In this document: piece after piece, positions 7,371-9,491 of the stretch
Position numbering within the stretch: position 1 is the stretch's first letter
Layout of the letters: every line of letters begins with the position of its first letter
Origin: Takakia lepidozioides
Taxonomy: Eukaryota > Plantae > Bryophyta
Length of the DNA: 9,491 nt
Direction of reading: 5' to 3'
Assembly: GCA_030704615.1 (NCBI GenBank)
Contig: JAKLZA010000276.1
Span: 1-9,491 of the forward strand
The notes under the pieces: generated by a model
Told to the model about the DNA's origin: nothing
Seen by the model: only the letters and a program-made list of their open reading frames with translations
Databases searched by the model: none
Program-made: the position numbers and the translations under genes

Positions 7371-8069
7371 GTACATGGTACACACCCATGGGAGGAATAA
7401 GAGGGCAAGCAGGTCTGCGAGGGGACCCTGGATTTGGGCAGGATGTTGTATGGAGGACCAATCTACTCTTGATGCTCGGCCTGTGCCAAAGCCCTCAAAG
7501 GCAGGCCCCATTACCCTCAGCCACAAGGAGGGCTTGGAAGGGCTATGGTGTGCGCGGCCAGCCATTCGGTGCTGGCTGGCTAATGTTGCACCCATGATGA
7601 GGCCAGACATGCACCGACCAGGCATGGGCGCCCTTCCAGAGTACAGTGGTCCCGACAGGCCACCCTTTGGTGCCTGTGACTCGTGAGGAGCTCCCGATGT
7701 GGCCGTGTGTGAGAGACCTGTCAGTTGTCAGCTGAAGCTGGAGAGACCAGCAGAGGCTTGGCCGAACTGTCTCTGGTAGGGATATTCTGACAAAGAGTGA
7801 AAGCTCTCTGCTACTGGCTGAAATACTAAGAGCTCTGAGTGTGTTGTCAACTTCTGCTGAGGAGAGTTGTAATGTTGGTTTGGTACATCCAGTGTTAGGG
7901 CAATGTGTGGAGGAATTGAGGGCTCCCAAGTTCCATGCAACTCTTGCCTCTATTTGAATATTGGAGTCATTAGAAAACAGGGAGATGGACAGAGATCTGC
8001 TGGACATCCAAGGTGATTGTTCATCAACACAGTTCTGCGGCTGCTGACTTATGAGCAGACTACAAAAGG

Positions 8070-8359
8070 GTGCGCAGTTTCTAAGTTACTGTCTTTTTCA
8101 GCGGCCTTGGAGAGGGAGGGGACTCCTCATGAGCACCACATTACTATCTTCAGTTAGGTTTTCAGTAGAGATGGTATAGTCCAACCAAAGTCAACAATCA
8201 TTGTTGTCAATTGCTGCACTGAGGCCTTATGTTCAAGTCAGTACCCCCCTCATGGATGTGCCGTTTACAGACGATCAGTCCATCACAAAGTTTTACCCAT
8301 ATCCTTGGCAGGCAGTTTTTTGTCTCTGTCATTGAACACTTACGAATGGGCCTATGCAG
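8070..8359 (+). other. Retained phase-2 intron within the MA3 domain of the eIF4G pseudogene
   Basis: AAA GG|GTGCGC ... TGCAG|A TTG GAG ATG. Splicing restores K-G-L-E-M-V-L in frame, matching the KG(F/L)ESVL segment of eIF4G MA3. Confidence 0.8.
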
Positions 8360-9333
8360 ATTGGAGATGGTGTTATCTATGCCTGAGGATACCATAGTTG
8401 ATATTCCCAGAGCAGCAGGCTAGAATATTACGAAATCTGATCGCAGCAGGAGTGTTCTCCCAGGTCCAAGTTCTCAAGCTTTTAAAGAGAGGGCTGCATG
8501 GAGCCTGGAAGCTTGTTGGTGTCACAGTGGTTGTGCTTTAGATATGTTTGCTGTTGTTTTAGAGACCCTCAGGAAACAAAAGGGGGAGGACTGCATCTAA
8601 ACAATCAAAGATCTGCAAGTTTCTACTGTAAGAGTCTTGAGATAGAGCTTGAAAGAAACATGCAGCTTTCCTAACATCTTAAGCATTGAAATCTGTAAAA
8701 CTACTCTCAGTTTTGATATAAATTTATAGTAAGATAGCAGGCTCTGTCCCCTTTCTTGGTTGAATTTGTGGTAATTTTCTAGGCGGCAAACACTAGGGGG
8801 TTTGAATTTTATGAATTCAAGACAATTGAAAAACACGTAGCTTCTTGCATCTGAAAACTGAACGCCGTTGGAGAGTATCGATCGCCGTCCGATTCAGACT
8901 AGTCGTACACAGGTTAGCAGTGTAATGCTCTCGGCCCGACAGCAGATGACTAGTTATAGAAGTAGTCCGAGTCTCCTGCCCAGTTTAGTACTCTTGCTTG
9001 CAGCTTGATTTGAGATTATTTCGTTGTCTTTTGATTTTTCTGTTTCTCTGTGACCTAGACTTTACTACAACTTCCTGTTGCACATTTTGGCACTGTGTAT
9101 GAGAGGATGCAGAAGAAACCAAACAGCATCAAGAGTCGGTCCTGCTTGTCTCCGACATCATATTCGATGTGATGACTGATCAGCTAATTTTGGGTCCGGA
9201 GAATAATTAGCAGGGGCTTCAGCACATTTTTCTCAGACAAACACGGTGATACGATTTGAGAAGTGTCCTGGACGTCGTCGCAGAATGGGTTGAAATGAGG
9301 CGATCAAAGTATATACTTCGACGAGGATTTGGC

Positions 9334-9343
9334 TATATATTAA
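9334..9343 (+). promoter_or_regulatory. Possible TATA box for a transcript continuing beyond the window
   Basis: TATATATTAA followed about 30-45 nt later by a pyrimidine-rich patch (ccatccttcctccccct). Confidence 0.3.
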
Positions 9344-9491
9344 CTAACTACAACAACGCACCGGCCATCCTTCCTCCCCCTACGCCATCCCATATATCTT
9401 CTGGTTTAATTTGTCGCTGTTCTTGAGTGAGCCAGACTGGATTGCAGATTTTTCTTGCTATAGATTAAGAGCTGCACCAGCAGTTTGTTTA

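Larger units (their letters stand above)
6490..8680 (+). pseudogene. eIF4G: Unprocessed (intron-containing) pseudogene of plant eukaryotic translation initiation factor 4G (large eIF4G, not eIFiso4G)
   Basis: Collinear motifs across frameshifts: KKK..LLAR(A)DVAGTIADLYNAYK (about 6540-6620); ELDDWEDAAE (6738-6767); MIF4G end NPDKEDV..ALFKLMSTIGRIIDHP / EHIDAYFKRVEILSNNLKLSSRLRIMLKDVIDFQRNGWQERR..KKID*VHRDA (6838-7080); GPITL..PQGGLG (about 7505-7540); MA3 domain QCVEELRAPKFHATLASI*ILESLENREMDRDLL, LLTYEQTTKG|LEMVLSMPEDTIVDIPRAA and EPGSL...ALDMFAVVLETLRKQKGE. Premature stops at 7062-7064, 7955-7957 and 8421-8423. Confidence 0.92.

Noticed and set aside
7326-8007. Minus-strand ORFs 7326-7625 and 7543-8007
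   Set aside because: They are antisense to eIF4G relic exons and show no independent motif.
9156-9211. Two small hairpins (catcatat/atgtgatg and gctaatt/aattagc)
   Set aside because: Stems of 7-8 bp are expected by chance and are too short for a miRNA precursor or MITE.

Overview
Eukaryotic land-plant genomic DNA. It is probably a moss or other non-seed plant, but this is inferred from gene and intron style and is not proven. No prokaryotic features are present. Contents in order: (1) a class I LOB-domain (LBD/AS2-like) transcription factor gene on the minus strand at the left edge, with an apparent 1-nt frameshift inside its leucine zipper; (2) a heavily deleted remnant of an MDR-family gene resembling trans-2-enoyl-CoA reductase; (3) several unidentified exon-like remnants; (4) a probable 5'-truncated non-LTR retroelement on the minus strand ending in a (CAAA)n tail; (5) an intact MIR535 hairpin with an exact canonical mature miR535; (6) an intron-retaining, deletion-riddled pseudogene of the large plant eIF4G. 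Overall the window looks like a decaying duplicated segment in which only the miRNA and the LOB domain are well preserved. I found no convincing wholly new system. The most unusual items are the LBD frameshift, an exact 20-nt match between two unrelated pseudogenes, and the unclassified retroelement ORF abutting MIR535.
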